Origin: a bacterium
GTDB taxonomy: Bacteria > Zhuqueibacterota > Zhuqueibacteria > Oceanimicrobiales > Oceanimicrobiaceae
Direction of reading: 5' to 3'
Length of the DNA: 64,000 bases
Assembly (NCBI GenBank): GCA_037446635.1
Contig: JBBIIG010000014.1
Coordinates: forward strand, 16,294 to 80,293
The notes beneath the pieces are model-generated. The model did not search any database. It saw only the letters and a list, made by a program, of their open reading frames with translations, and was not told the DNA's origin. The position numbers and the translations under genes were made by a program. The number at the start of each line of letters is the position of its first letter. Position 1 is the first letter of the stretch. This document shows positions 1 to 8,062 of this stretch, in pieces.

Positions 1-1
1 G

Positions 2-178
2 CAGCGTACGGACAACCGCAGTGACTACGGAATGCAATGCCGGGTCTATTTTGTGGATGGCCATTTCACCGGCGTACCGAGTAAGCAAATGATTCAGGTA
101 GCCTTGCAGCACGCGCTGGCTGAGCAACAGGGAATCTCAGTCTTAATTACACGGAGCAATAATGGAGGATTGAATTGA
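2..178 (+). CDS. 3' end of an unidentified CDS (5' part lies outside the window)
   Basis: The frame is open from the window edge to TGA at 176-178 (...YFVDGHFTGVPSKQMIQVALQHALAEQQGISVLITRSNNGGLN). I recognise no family. Confidence 0.3.
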   Translation, partial: QRTDNRSDYGMQCRVYFVDGHFTGVPSKQMIQVALQHALAEQQGISVLITRSNNGGLN

Positions 179-232
179 TGGATTAATGAAAGACAAACCG
201 CATGAATCCACCGATCCATATATCCATTAATC
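161..232. repeat. Family-G inverted array (aatggaggattgaattgatggattaatg ... catgaatccaccgatccatatatccattaatcc)
   Basis: Forward TGGA(G/T)TA-type units face inverted copies across a 13-nt spacer. The element overlaps the stop of the upstream CDS. Confidence 0.75.
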
Positions 233-259
233 CTTTGGAAATTTAGAGGAGAAAAGACG

Positions 260-1246
260 ATGACACTCAAAGTAATCTTCTTGACGGGTTTCATTATGGT
301 GTTGGCTTCCGCGCTCTACGCACAGTCAAAAGATTTGCCAGCGGAGTACAAACAGATTCTGCCGCGCGGACAAATTGCGGCCATCACGCAGCCGCAATTT
401 GTTCCAGCCGACAAAGCCGAAATCGCCGATGACTCGTGGGTGCTGGGCGTGGTCATCGACGGTCAGGCACGGGCGTACAGCTTGAATCTGTTGAACAGCC
501 ATGAAGTGGTGAACGACCAAATCGGAGAGCAGGCTTTTGCCGCGGTGTGGTGACCGCTGGCTAATACCGGCGTCGTGTACGACCGCAAATATCAAGATAA
601 AACCATCACGTTTGAAGCTTCGGGCGGGCTGCTAAACAGCGCGTTGGTCATGCAGGATCGCGAGACCGATAGTTACTGGCCGATTATGCAGGGCGAGGCC
701 ATCGCCGGCGAAATGAAGGGGACGAAGTTAAAAGAAATGCCGGTCGCTGAAAAAGTCCAGTGGAAGGATTGGGTCAAAAAGCACCCGAACACATTGGTGC
801 TCTCGGTGAACGGCCGCGAAGACGGCTTCAATCCCTACAAAACATATTTTGAATCGAAAGAAGGCTTTCGCGGGACGGCGGCAAAGGATCGGCGTTTGGC
901 AACTAAGGAGCCGATCTTCGCTTTTCATTATCAAGGAAAAAGTTACGCGGTACCTTATAAGAATTTTGAGGGCGGCAAAACCTTCGATTTGAATGGTGTG
1001 AAACTCTTTCTCTATCGTCCGCCAAAATCCGAAATTTTCTACTCCACCGCGGCCTTTGCGGCTGCGGGTGATGGGTTTAAGATCGAAAACGGAAAGTGGT
1101 ACCACGTGGATTCGGGCTGCCAGTTTAATCCGAATTCGGGTTCATTTGAAAAGGGACCGGGAGCGTGCCCGGAGAAATTTCATGGGTTTGATACCTTTTG
1201 GTACAATTGGAGTTTGTCCAATCCGGATACCCAACTTTTACGGTAA
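260..1246 (+). CDS. DUF3179 domain protein with a single in-frame TGA (551-553): candidate selenoprotein, or a nonsense-mutated gene
   Basis: ORFs 260-553 and 575-1246 share one frame and are separated only by the TGA. GAGGAG RBS before ATG 260, followed by a signal peptide. Read-through gives FAAVW-[TGA]-PLANTGVVYDR...DRETDSYWPIMQGEAIAG, matching the DUF3179 core (Y/W)CPLCNT...D.ET.S.W as I recall it. Confidence 0.7.
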
Positions 1247-1354
1247 TTGTAATGAAATGGATTTAACTTTCCGAGAGGAGGTGAAAGAGGAGAGCAAGTA
1301 ACCCCTTTAACTCGCTGTCAAAATTATTCATTCACAAAAAACGGGAGGGTTCCA

Positions 1355-1978
1355 ATGAAAGCATTCAGGACTTTGGTCGTATTCGCTCTGGCAACGGTTG
1401 TAGCTTTTGCTCTGGTCAATCTTTCAGCGCAGGAAACCAAGCATCAGCCCAAACCGCTCACCGAAGAGCAAAAAATGATGATGAAAAACATGGCCATGAA
1501 AAACATGGATAAGTTCATGGCCAGCAAAGACGCCATGATGCAGCTACCTCAGCATCTGAAAAAAACCCAGGACGAATCTATTAAGCTGGGGGAAGAATTA
1601 TTTAATTCGAAGACCGCGCTCAGCACCAATGGCCAGGCTTGCGCCAGTTGTCACCCCGGCGGCGGCACCACCGGCGGCGAAGCCGAGACGCCTATGGCCA
1701 GCGAGGTGACGGGCAAACCGTATAAACTGCCCATCCCGACTCTCATTGGCTCGGCGGCCACGTTTCCGAAATACAAAATTCCTAATGATGCGGTTATTAC
1801 CGTGGGCGATATGGCCAACAACTGCATCATGATGTTTATGGCTGCGCAGCCGCTTGACCCCAAAAGCAAAGAATTTAAGGCGTTGTCTGCTTACGTGACC
1901 TCCTTGAGCAACGAGGACAAAGTGTCGGTGGGAGAAGTGCCAGAGATGATGAAAAAAATGATGGGCGAAAAGAAGTAG
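1355..1978 (+). CDS. Monohaem c-type cytochrome, Met-rich (SoxA/TsdA-like domain)
   Basis: GGGAGG RBS, signal peptide and one CASCH haem motif. Met-rich tracts MMMKNMAMKNMDKFMASKDAMMQ and PEMMKKMMGEKK. The segment NNCIMMFMAAQPL...ALSAYVTSLS resembles SoxA/TsdA-type domains (recollection). Confidence 0.85.
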   Translation: MKAFRTLVVFALATVVAFALVNLSAQETKHQPKPLTEEQKMMMKNMAMKNMDKFMASKDAMMQLPQHLKKTQDESIKLGEELFNSKTALSTNGQACASCHPGGGTTGGEAETPMASEVTGKPYKLPIPTLIGSAATFPKYKIPNDAVITVGDMANNCIMMFMAAQPLDPKSKEFKALSAYVTSLSNEDKVSVGEVPEMMKKMMGEKK

Positions 1979-1996
1979 CTTTTCCATAACTGTGAT

Positions 1997-2029
1997 AACC
2001 CTGACGGGGTTCGCAACCCTGTCAGGGTT
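1997..2029. repeat. Family-E double palindrome, probable terminator of the monohaem cytochrome gene
   Basis: AACCCTGACGGGGTTCGCAACCCTGTCAGGGTT, 19 nt after the stop at 1978. Confidence 0.8.
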
Positions 2030-2058
2030 AAAACCATTGCACAAACTTTAAATTAGTC

Positions 2059-3072
2059 ATGAAGATTGTCAATATCTGTTTACTATTTGTGGTAGTAAGT
2101 TTGTCTATTGTAACCGCGCAAGATGGTGAAGATGCTGCGCGCTGGAAGAACACGCCGCAGGAGGCTTTCTTAAACAGCGAAATTGTTCAAACCTATCAAT
2201 GCACCAGTTGCCACACCATCGCCGAGCGCGGGGGTACCGTCGGGCCGATCCTGAATCAAGTGGGCAATCGCCGAACCGAAGAGTGGCTGCGCCGCTGGCT
2301 GGCCGACCCGCAGCAGGTTAAGCCCGGAACCAAGATGCCCAAGTTTGATTTCACGCCCGAGCAATTGGATGCGGTGGTCGGCTATTTGACCAACATGAAA
2401 AAAACGCTCCGCACCGATGCCATTCTCGCGCAAAACAAATCTTTAATCGAAACAGGCGAGATGCTGTTTGAGGATTACGATTGCCTGGCCTGCCATCGCG
2501 TGGGCTCCGACGGCAGATTTATCGGGCCGGACTTAACCTGGGTTGGGTTGCGAAAGACCGCGGCCTGGGAAAAAACCTGGCTGGCCGATCCCCCCGGATT
2601 TAAGCCCGATACCTTCATGCCTAATTTTCATATCCCGCAAAAGGGAATAGAAGCGCTGGCGGAGTATCTGCATAACCAGCAAGGACAGAAAAATGCCGAT
2701 TCGCAGGAGTGGGAATTTCGCACCAACTTCTTTCTGGGAAACAGCGATCGCGAACGCGGCGAATTGGTATTCAAGCGCTTTGCGTGTTGGGCGTGCCACG
2801 GTGAGAGCGGCAGCGGCGGCATCAAAAATCCCAACATGGCGCCCGACGAAATGATGCCGCCGCTGAAAGAAGCCGCGGTGAAATATACCGAAGCCGAGCT
2901 TTTGGCGCGGCTGAAAACGAAAACCGCGCCCCGGTCGCTGGATGGCAATAAACCAGCTCCGCCATTTTTCTGTCCGGACTATGGCAATTATATGGAAACT
3001 TCCGAATTCAGCGACCTTTACGCTTATTTGAAATCATTCGCGCCCAAGAAACTCAAGTGGCGGTTTAATTAA
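2059..3072 (+). CDS. Trihaem c-type cytochrome
   Basis: Signal peptide. Three CxxCH motifs (CTSCH, CLACH, CWACH), each inside a ~100 aa class-I cytochrome c-like unit. Confidence 0.9.
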   Translation: MKIVNICLLFVVVSLSIVTAQDGEDAARWKNTPQEAFLNSEIVQTYQCTSCHTIAERGGTVGPILNQVGNRRTEEWLRRWLADPQQVKPGTKMPKFDFTPEQLDAVVGYLTNMKKTLRTDAILAQNKSLIETGEMLFEDYDCLACHRVGSDGRFIGPDLTWVGLRKTAAWEKTWLADPPGFKPDTFMPNFHIPQKGIEALAEYLHNQQGQKNADSQEWEFRTNFFLGNSDRERGELVFKRFACWACHGESGSGGIKNPNMAPDEMMPPLKEAAVKYTEAELLARLKTKTAPRSLDGNKPAPPFFCPDYGNYMETSEFSDLYAYLKSFAPKKLKWRFN

Positions 3073-3128
3073 GTAAGCGGCATTATTCACAGACGGCAAA
3101 AGGTGAGGACGACATCTACATTGAAGTT

Positions 3129-3172
3129 TATTAATCCAAATGGGAGTAATGGATTATTGGATCGTTGGATCG
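3129..3172. repeat. Family-G units (tattaatccaaatgggagtaatggattattggatcgttggatcg)
   Basis: Same TGGAGTAATGGATTA vocabulary as the other family-G sites. Followed by two hairpins (GCCCGCC...GGCGGGC 3194-3221; CTCAAAGC-GGA-GCTTTGAG 3223-3241). Confidence 0.65.
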
Positions 3173-3280
3173 TAACGCAAACCTCAGGTTTGCCCGCCTG
3201 CCTAAGGCCTCTGGCGGGCAGCTCAAAGCGGAGCTTTGAGTTACATATATAAAATTATCCAAGCTAAAAGGAGCAGAATC

Positions 3281-4012
3281 GTGTCAGTCAGGAAAGTTTT
3301 TTCGATAGCTTTGCTAGCGGTAGTTGCGCTCATCTATTTGGCCAATCATCGTACCTCCGAGGCCAGTTTAAACGGCGGCGCCGTCACCGGCGTGGTGCGA
3401 TTTCCTGGGGAGTATCCGGATCGCGAAAAGATCATGATCACCAAAGACCAGCAGGTTTGCGGCGCGTTTCAGTACTCGGAGATTTTTGTGGTGGCGGAAG
3501 AAAACCACGGGTTGAAAAACGTCGTGATTACGCTGGTAAATGTCAAAGGTGGGCAAGCGCCGGCCGCGGTAACGGCCACCATCGATCAGAAAGGGTGCCG
3601 CTATATGCCCCACGTGCAGGCCGTGCCGGTCGGCAGCAATTTGGAAATTCTGAATAGCGATGGCATCTTGCATAACATTCATGCCTATTACAATGGACTG
3701 GATCCTAAAAATACCGTCTTTAATAAAGCCCAACCTAAGTTTCTCAAAAAAATCACTCATACGCTGGATAAGGCCGGGATGTACTACTTCAAGTGCGATG
3801 TGCACAGTCACATGAGCGCGTATGTGGCGGTGATGGATCACCCGTATTATGCGGTGAGCGATGACTACGGTAAATTTACGATCGATAACGTGCCTCCCGG
3901 TTCCTATAAAATTCAAGCCTGGCATGAGGCTCTCGGCGTTTTAGAGAAGAACGTTACCGTCGCGGCTGGCAAAACCACTGATGTAAATTTTGATATTTTG
4001 CCAAATGAGTAA
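3281..4012 (+). CDS. Cupredoxin (type-1 copper) protein with a C-terminal carboxypeptidase-regulatory-like domain
   Basis: The ORF spans 3236-4012. I prefer GTG 3281 as the start (AAAGGAG RBS upstream, then a TM/signal segment). Cu-ligand pattern LHNIHA ... C-DV-H-SH-M has amicyanin-type spacing. The tail GKFTIDNVPPGSYKIQAWHE is CarboxypepD_reg-like. Confidence 0.8.
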   Translation: MSVRKVFSIALLAVVALIYLANHRTSEASLNGGAVTGVVRFPGEYPDREKIMITKDQQVCGAFQYSEIFVVAEENHGLKNVVITLVNVKGGQAPAAVTATIDQKGCRYMPHVQAVPVGSNLEILNSDGILHNIHAYYNGLDPKNTVFNKAQPKFLKKITHTLDKAGMYYFKCDVHSHMSAYVAVMDHPYYAVSDDYGKFTIDNVPPGSYKIQAWHEALGVLEKNVTVAAGKTTDVNFDILPNE

Positions 4013-4033
4013 TTTATCGAGAGAATGTGAATC

Positions 4034-4521
4034 ATGAAAAAGCTGTTCTTCTATTTTTTAGCCATTTCTAGTTTATTGTTAGTCTCGTGCAATAGTGACC
4101 AACCGTTGGGCAGCAATGACGGGGCAAATCCGAGTAAGTCGGGTTTCGGGGTCTCCGGACTTTTGTTTGAGAACAACCTGGTGATGTGGGATCGCGAGAA
4201 CCAAGGCAGCCGCAGCGAATTATTTCCACAAATGTATTTCACCCGCGCCGACGCCGCCGACTTTCCCACCTGGGACACATTTCCTTCCAACCAGATGGTT
4301 TCCGGCGGTCCGCCACGTGATGGCATACCTGCGCTGACCAATCCCAGAATCGTATCCTCAACTTCATAAGTAACGCGAATCCATTTCAGATGACTGATAA
4401 CGAGACCAACAGCGTTTGGAACATCAAAGGCGAGGCGATTTCCGGTGCACTCTCCGGCGTGAAGCTGACACAGATTCCCGCATACAATGTCAAATCTCAA
4501 TATCGTCGTTCCGATTGCTGA
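4034..4521 (+). pseudogene. Second DUF3179 gene, internally deleted and truncated
   Basis: The N-terminal lipoprotein part ends ...GGPPRDGIPALTNP then hits a stop at 4369. A different frame (4387-4521) carries QMTDNETNSVWNIKGEAISGALSGVKLTQIPAYN, the D.ET.S.W...G..G..L block of DUF3179. The central ~130 aa, including the CPLC region, is missing. The 3' end overlaps the convergent gene 4497-4907. Confidence 0.7.
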
Positions 4522-4907
4522 ATGGGGAGGTCGTTGGCGCTCATGTCTCTTCGCCTCATGAGACCCTCCTCATCGAACTCCCAGTGCTCGTTGCCGTGCG
4601 TACGATACCATTGACCGGTATCGGCATCGCGCCATTCGTATTCAAAGCGCACGGAAATGCGGTTATCTGTGTAAGCCCAGAGTTCCTTCATGAGGCGGTA
4701 ATCCAATTCTTTCGCCCACTTTCGTTTCAAAAACTCTTTAATCGCTTCTCTCCCGGTGAAAAATTCAGTGCGGTTTCGCCATTGGGAATCTTCCGTATAA
4801 GCGAGCACAACCCGTTCGGGGTCGCGGGTATTCCAGGCGTCTTCAGCAGCCTTTACTTTCGCCCGTGCGGTCTCTGCAGTGAATGGAGGTTTTATCGGTT
4901 GCTTCAT
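4497..4907 (-). CDS. DUF1348 / NTF2-like family protein
   Basis: Full-length 136 aa [30 protein letters not shown]...[22 protein letters not shown] is typical of DUF1348. Confidence 0.85.
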   Translation of the reverse strand: MKQPIKPPFTAETARAKVKAAEDAWNTRDPERVVLAYTEDSQWRNRTEFFTGREAIKEFLKRKWAKELDYRLMKELWAYTDNRISVRFEYEWRDADTGQWYRTHGNEHWEFDEEGLMRRRDMSANDLPIQQSERRY

Positions 4908-4942
4908 TTTGTGGTTCTCCTCTTGGTAAATTGAATTTATTT

Positions 4943-5275
4943 TTATAAAAGCGTTTTCAGCCTCTCTGTCAACTCACTTTTTGAAATCACCCCGTTTAGT
5001 CGGTCGATCACTCTACCATTTTTGAAAAAGAGCATGGTTGGGATACATTCAATCCCAAATGTCGTGGCGATCGCAGGGTACTCGTCCGCGTTTATTTTCG
5101 CAAAATTAGCTTTACCAGAGAATTCCAGCGCCAAATCTTCGACGATGGCTGTCATGATTTCAGAAGCCCCACTCCAACTGGTCGAGAATAGCACCAGAAC
5201 CGGGAGTACGTTTTCGAGGACCCGGTGATTGAAATTCTTGCTCGTTAATATGATCGTTCTATTGGTTCTCGGCAT
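4943..5275 (-). CDS. Thioredoxin-fold protein with a degenerate active site (WSGAS instead of WCGPC)
   Basis: Trx-like layout: [16 protein letters not shown]...[30 protein letters not shown]. Start placed at the internal Met (MPRTNRT) to avoid overlapping the upstream gene. Confidence 0.7.
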   Translation of the reverse strand: MPRTNRTIILTSKNFNHRVLENVLPVLVLFSTSWSGASEIMTAIVEDLALEFSGKANFAKINADEYPAIATTFGIECIPTMLFFKNGRVIDRLNGVISKSELTERLKTLL

Positions 5276-5295
5276 CGATGTTTTTATGTCATTCG

Positions 5296-5898
5296 TTACA
5301 ACCGAATTCTTGCTGGGCAACACGATCTTAAAATATCCGGGTTTAATTTAGCGATTTCTTCGGCAATTTCTTCACTGGTGAATCGGGGTGTGATATGCTG
5401 CGGGCAGTTCCAATCAAAAGCCTGGATTTTGAAAATGATCAGACGCTCAATGTTGGCTTTGTAATCGGGCATCTTCAGTTCTTTTAACAATTCAGCATTC
5501 TGCTCGGCGTCGATCATTTCTGATTCAGCCCATATTTTCAGACGTTGTTGAGAAGGATAGTCCATTAAGAATAGTGACGCTTTACGGCTCGAATTGATGT
5601 TGCCAACACTGATGTATTGCATGTTGCCGCGAAAATCGGCATAGCCGAGCGTGGTGCTATCGATTACTTTCAGAAATCCTTTCGGACCACCGCGGAATTG
5701 CACATACGGCCAGCCGTTTTCGCCAACGGTAGCCATGTAAAAGCTGTCCCTTGATTCAATAAAAGAAATTTCTCTGTTTGTTAGAACATATTGGTTGCCG
5801 GACGCTTCCACACGGGCGTAGGATTGGCGAGAGCCGTACCGTTGCTGAGCCCTTCTAACGCTATCGGTGAAAGCAAACTTGGTGAAATTCTGGTTCAT
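5296..5898 (-). CDS. Pyridoxamine 5'-phosphate oxidase-like FMN-binding protein
   Basis: SFYMATVGENGWPYVQFRGGPKGFLKV...FRGNMQYISVGN is typical of the PNPOx-like split-barrel family. Confidence 0.85.
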   Translation of the reverse strand: MNQNFTKFAFTDSVRRAQQRYGSRQSYARVEASGNQYVLTNREISFIESRDSFYMATVGENGWPYVQFRGGPKGFLKVIDSTTLGYADFRGNMQYISVGNINSSRKASLFLMDYPSQQRLKIWAESEMIDAEQNAELLKELKMPDYKANIERLIIFKIQAFDWNCPQHITPRFTSEEIAEEIAKLNPDILRSCCPARIRL

Positions 5899-5961
5899 GA
5901 TTTTCCTTTTCTTAAACCTCGAAGCCGCGACAGTGAGCCTGCCGCGGCCTTGAGTTTCCGG

Positions 5962-6975
5962 TTATTTCTCCGCGACCAGTTCAAGCTTCGTTGTCAAAAA
6001 GTTTCGGATGTAGCTGGCAATTAGCTCACCATCCTCTTCGAGCGCAAAATGACCCGTGTCCAGCAAATGAAATTCGATGTTCTTTAAGTCACGTTTGTAG
6101 GGATGAGCCCCTTCCGCCGGGAAGATGTAGTCATTCTTGCCCCAAACGATGAGTGTCGGCGGTTGATACTCTCTGAAATAGGCTTGCCAGCGGGGGTACA
6201 AAGGAACATTGGTTTGATAATCATAAAATAATTGCAGCTGTATGGCGGGATTGCCTTCACGTGTCAGATGTCTCAAGTCCATGTTCCACGTGTCGGGGCT
6301 AATGACTTCTTTATTCCTGACGCCATGGGTAAATTGCCATTCGACGCCTTCCTTGGTTATGAATCCTTTGAGCGGCTCCGCATTTTCGGGCGTCCTATCA
6401 TTCCAATATTTCTTTATTGGAACCCAGAACTCTCTCAGTCCTTCGTCGTAGGCGTTGCCATTCTGTACGATGAGCGCTTGCACTCTTTCTGGATGCTTTG
6501 CCGCGATTCGGAAACCCACCGGGGCGCCGTAGTCCATCAAATATATTGAATAAGATTGGATGCCGAGCTGATCCAGAAACTTCTCGATTAGCAGACTATA
6601 ATTATCAAAGCTGTATTCAAACTTGTCCATGGTTGGCTGATCGCTATTTCCAAAGCCCGGGTAGTCGGGAGCAACCAAATGGAACTGATCAGAGAGGGAT
6701 GGGATCAAGTTGCGAAACATGTGGGAAGAAGTCGGAAAACCGTGCAGCAGCAGAATCGTTGGTGCATTGTCAGGTCCGGCCTCGCGATAGAAGATGTTCA
6801 GGCCATCTACATTAACAGTTTTGTAAAAGGTGCGCTGAGTTCTTGAATCAGTTTTGGCCGTCTCTGCCGAGACCGGTTGTGCATCTTTTGTAAACACGGA
6901 CAAGCCAATAACACCGATGATTACAACTGCCGCCAGCATCAGGGCTTTCTGAAAATTAACTTGTAAATGCTTCAT
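5962..6975 (-). CDS. Alpha/beta hydrolase (epoxide hydrolase/haloalkane dehalogenase-like), membrane-anchored or secreted
   Basis: [38 protein letters not shown]. Start set at MKHLQ (GAAAGGA RBS) inside ORF 5962-7041. Confidence 0.85.
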   Translation of the reverse strand: MKHLQVNFQKALMLAAVVIIGVIGLSVFTKDAQPVSAETAKTDSRTQRTFYKTVNVDGLNIFYREAGPDNAPTILLLHGFPTSSHMFRNLIPSLSDQFHLVAPDYPGFGNSDQPTMDKFEYSFDNYSLLIEKFLDQLGIQSYSIYLMDYGAPVGFRIAAKHPERVQALIVQNGNAYDEGLREFWVPIKKYWNDRTPENAEPLKGFITKEGVEWQFTHGVRNKEVISPDTWNMDLRHLTREGNPAIQLQLFYDYQTNVPLYPRWQAYFREYQPPTLIVWGKNDYIFPAEGAHPYKRDLKNIEFHLLDTGHFALEEDGELIASYIRNFLTTKLELVAEK

Positions 6976-7083
6976 GGTCTTAAATCCTTTCTTTATTGAC
7001 TTCATCGTTTTTTCATGATGGAGAGCATTGGGGCTGCCCATCAGCTACAAGCGGACAGCCCAAGTCCTTTCCTTCATTGTTAA

Positions 7084-7830
7084 TTAATTAGTAGCGGTTG
7101 CTTGTTTGATGGCTTCGACGGCTTCCTCGGTGGTCCAAACGGCATTGGCGATGAAACGAAAATTGACCAGGGCCGCCGCATAGCCGTCGCCGTCGGGGAT
7201 GACAGCCGCTGCCGTTGCATCTTTGACCACGGCAACTTCAAAACCCTGTTCCAGCAATTCGCGCAAATGTGATTCGGTACACAGATTTGCCGACATGCCG
7301 GCGAGGATAACTTTGTCGATGCCCCGCTTGCGTAGTTGCAAAACCAGGTCATTTGCTTCCGGTCCGTAAACCTTGTGAGGGCTGGTAACCACGGTTTTGC
7401 CATCCTGAATGTAGGGTTTATAAATTTCGAGAAAGTCGGCGCCGGAGCCTTCAAAGCCGTCCAGGCTCAAGGCGTCTTTGCGGTCGAACATGCCGATGTT
7501 GTGCATCAGCACCTCCAGAGCGCCTCCGAATTTCCATCCTTTGTCCGTCGGGTAGTAATAGTGAGGCGAAACAAAAACCGGAAGGTTGTTTGCTTTCGCT
7601 ATTTTTAACAGGGCCTCAATGTTGGCGACCGTGTTGTTTTCCGTTACACTTTTTCCAACCACCCCCCAGGTCACACCGTCCGGACTCAAAAAGTCGTTTT
7701 GTGGGTCTGTGATGACGATTGCCGTACGCTGCGGATCGATTTTCATCCCTGGATTGGGAAGTTGTGCCATGCCAACTGAGACGATGCCCATCAAAAAAGC
7801 GACTACGATTGTTATTCTTACTGCTTTCAT
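7084..7830 (-). CDS. Isochorismatase-family cysteine hydrolase (secreted)
   Basis: AIVITDPQNDFLSPDG ... VILAGMSANLCTESHLRELLEQGFEV. Start at MKAVRITIV, preceded by an AAGGAGG RBS, with a signal peptide. Confidence 0.85.
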   Translation of the reverse strand: MKAVRITIVVAFLMGIVSVGMAQLPNPGMKIDPQRTAIVITDPQNDFLSPDGVTWGVVGKSVTENNTVANIEALLKIAKANNLPVFVSPHYYYPTDKGWKFGGALEVLMHNIGMFDRKDALSLDGFEGSGADFLEIYKPYIQDGKTVVTSPHKVYGPEANDLVLQLRKRGIDKVILAGMSANLCTESHLRELLEQGFEVAVVKDATAAAVIPDGDGYAAALVNFRFIANAVWTTEEAVEAIKQATATN

Positions 7831-7900
7831 CTTCGTCCTCCTTAATAAGGATTCCTGATTGAGTTTAATTGATTGGTGATGATCATCACTACGGTCGAAG

Positions 7901-7915
7901 GCAAGGTGTATGCCA
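7901..7915 (-). promoter_or_regulatory. Candidate sigma-54 promoter (-24/-12) for operon 7830->4497
   Basis: The minus strand reads TGGCAT-ACACC-TTGCC with GG and GC 12 nt apart. It lies 71 nt upstream of ATG 7830 and directly downstream of the EBP gene. Confidence 0.55.
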
Positions 7916-8062
7916 CCTGAAATGGCGCAGGAAAATACCAGAGGCAATGGACTGATTATCTAATGGCTTAGGAGACCATCAGACATGTTTTGAAGAGAAT
8001 GAATGGTAGGAATAGAATCTTTGGGATTTCGTAGAACCGCGAAATATCACAGAAAAATGGGG

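Noticed and set aside
575-1246. Stand-alone 223-aa protein starting at GTG 575
   Set aside because: It would lack a signal peptide and the N-terminal half of the DUF3179 domain, and there is no RBS. It is in frame with 260-553 across a single TGA, so it is treated as one gene (selenocysteine or nonsense).
4416-4934. 172-aa plus-strand ORF
   Set aside because: It is antisense to the DUF1348 gene (4497-4907). Only its first ~35 codons overlap the DUF3179 remnant, and in a different frame.
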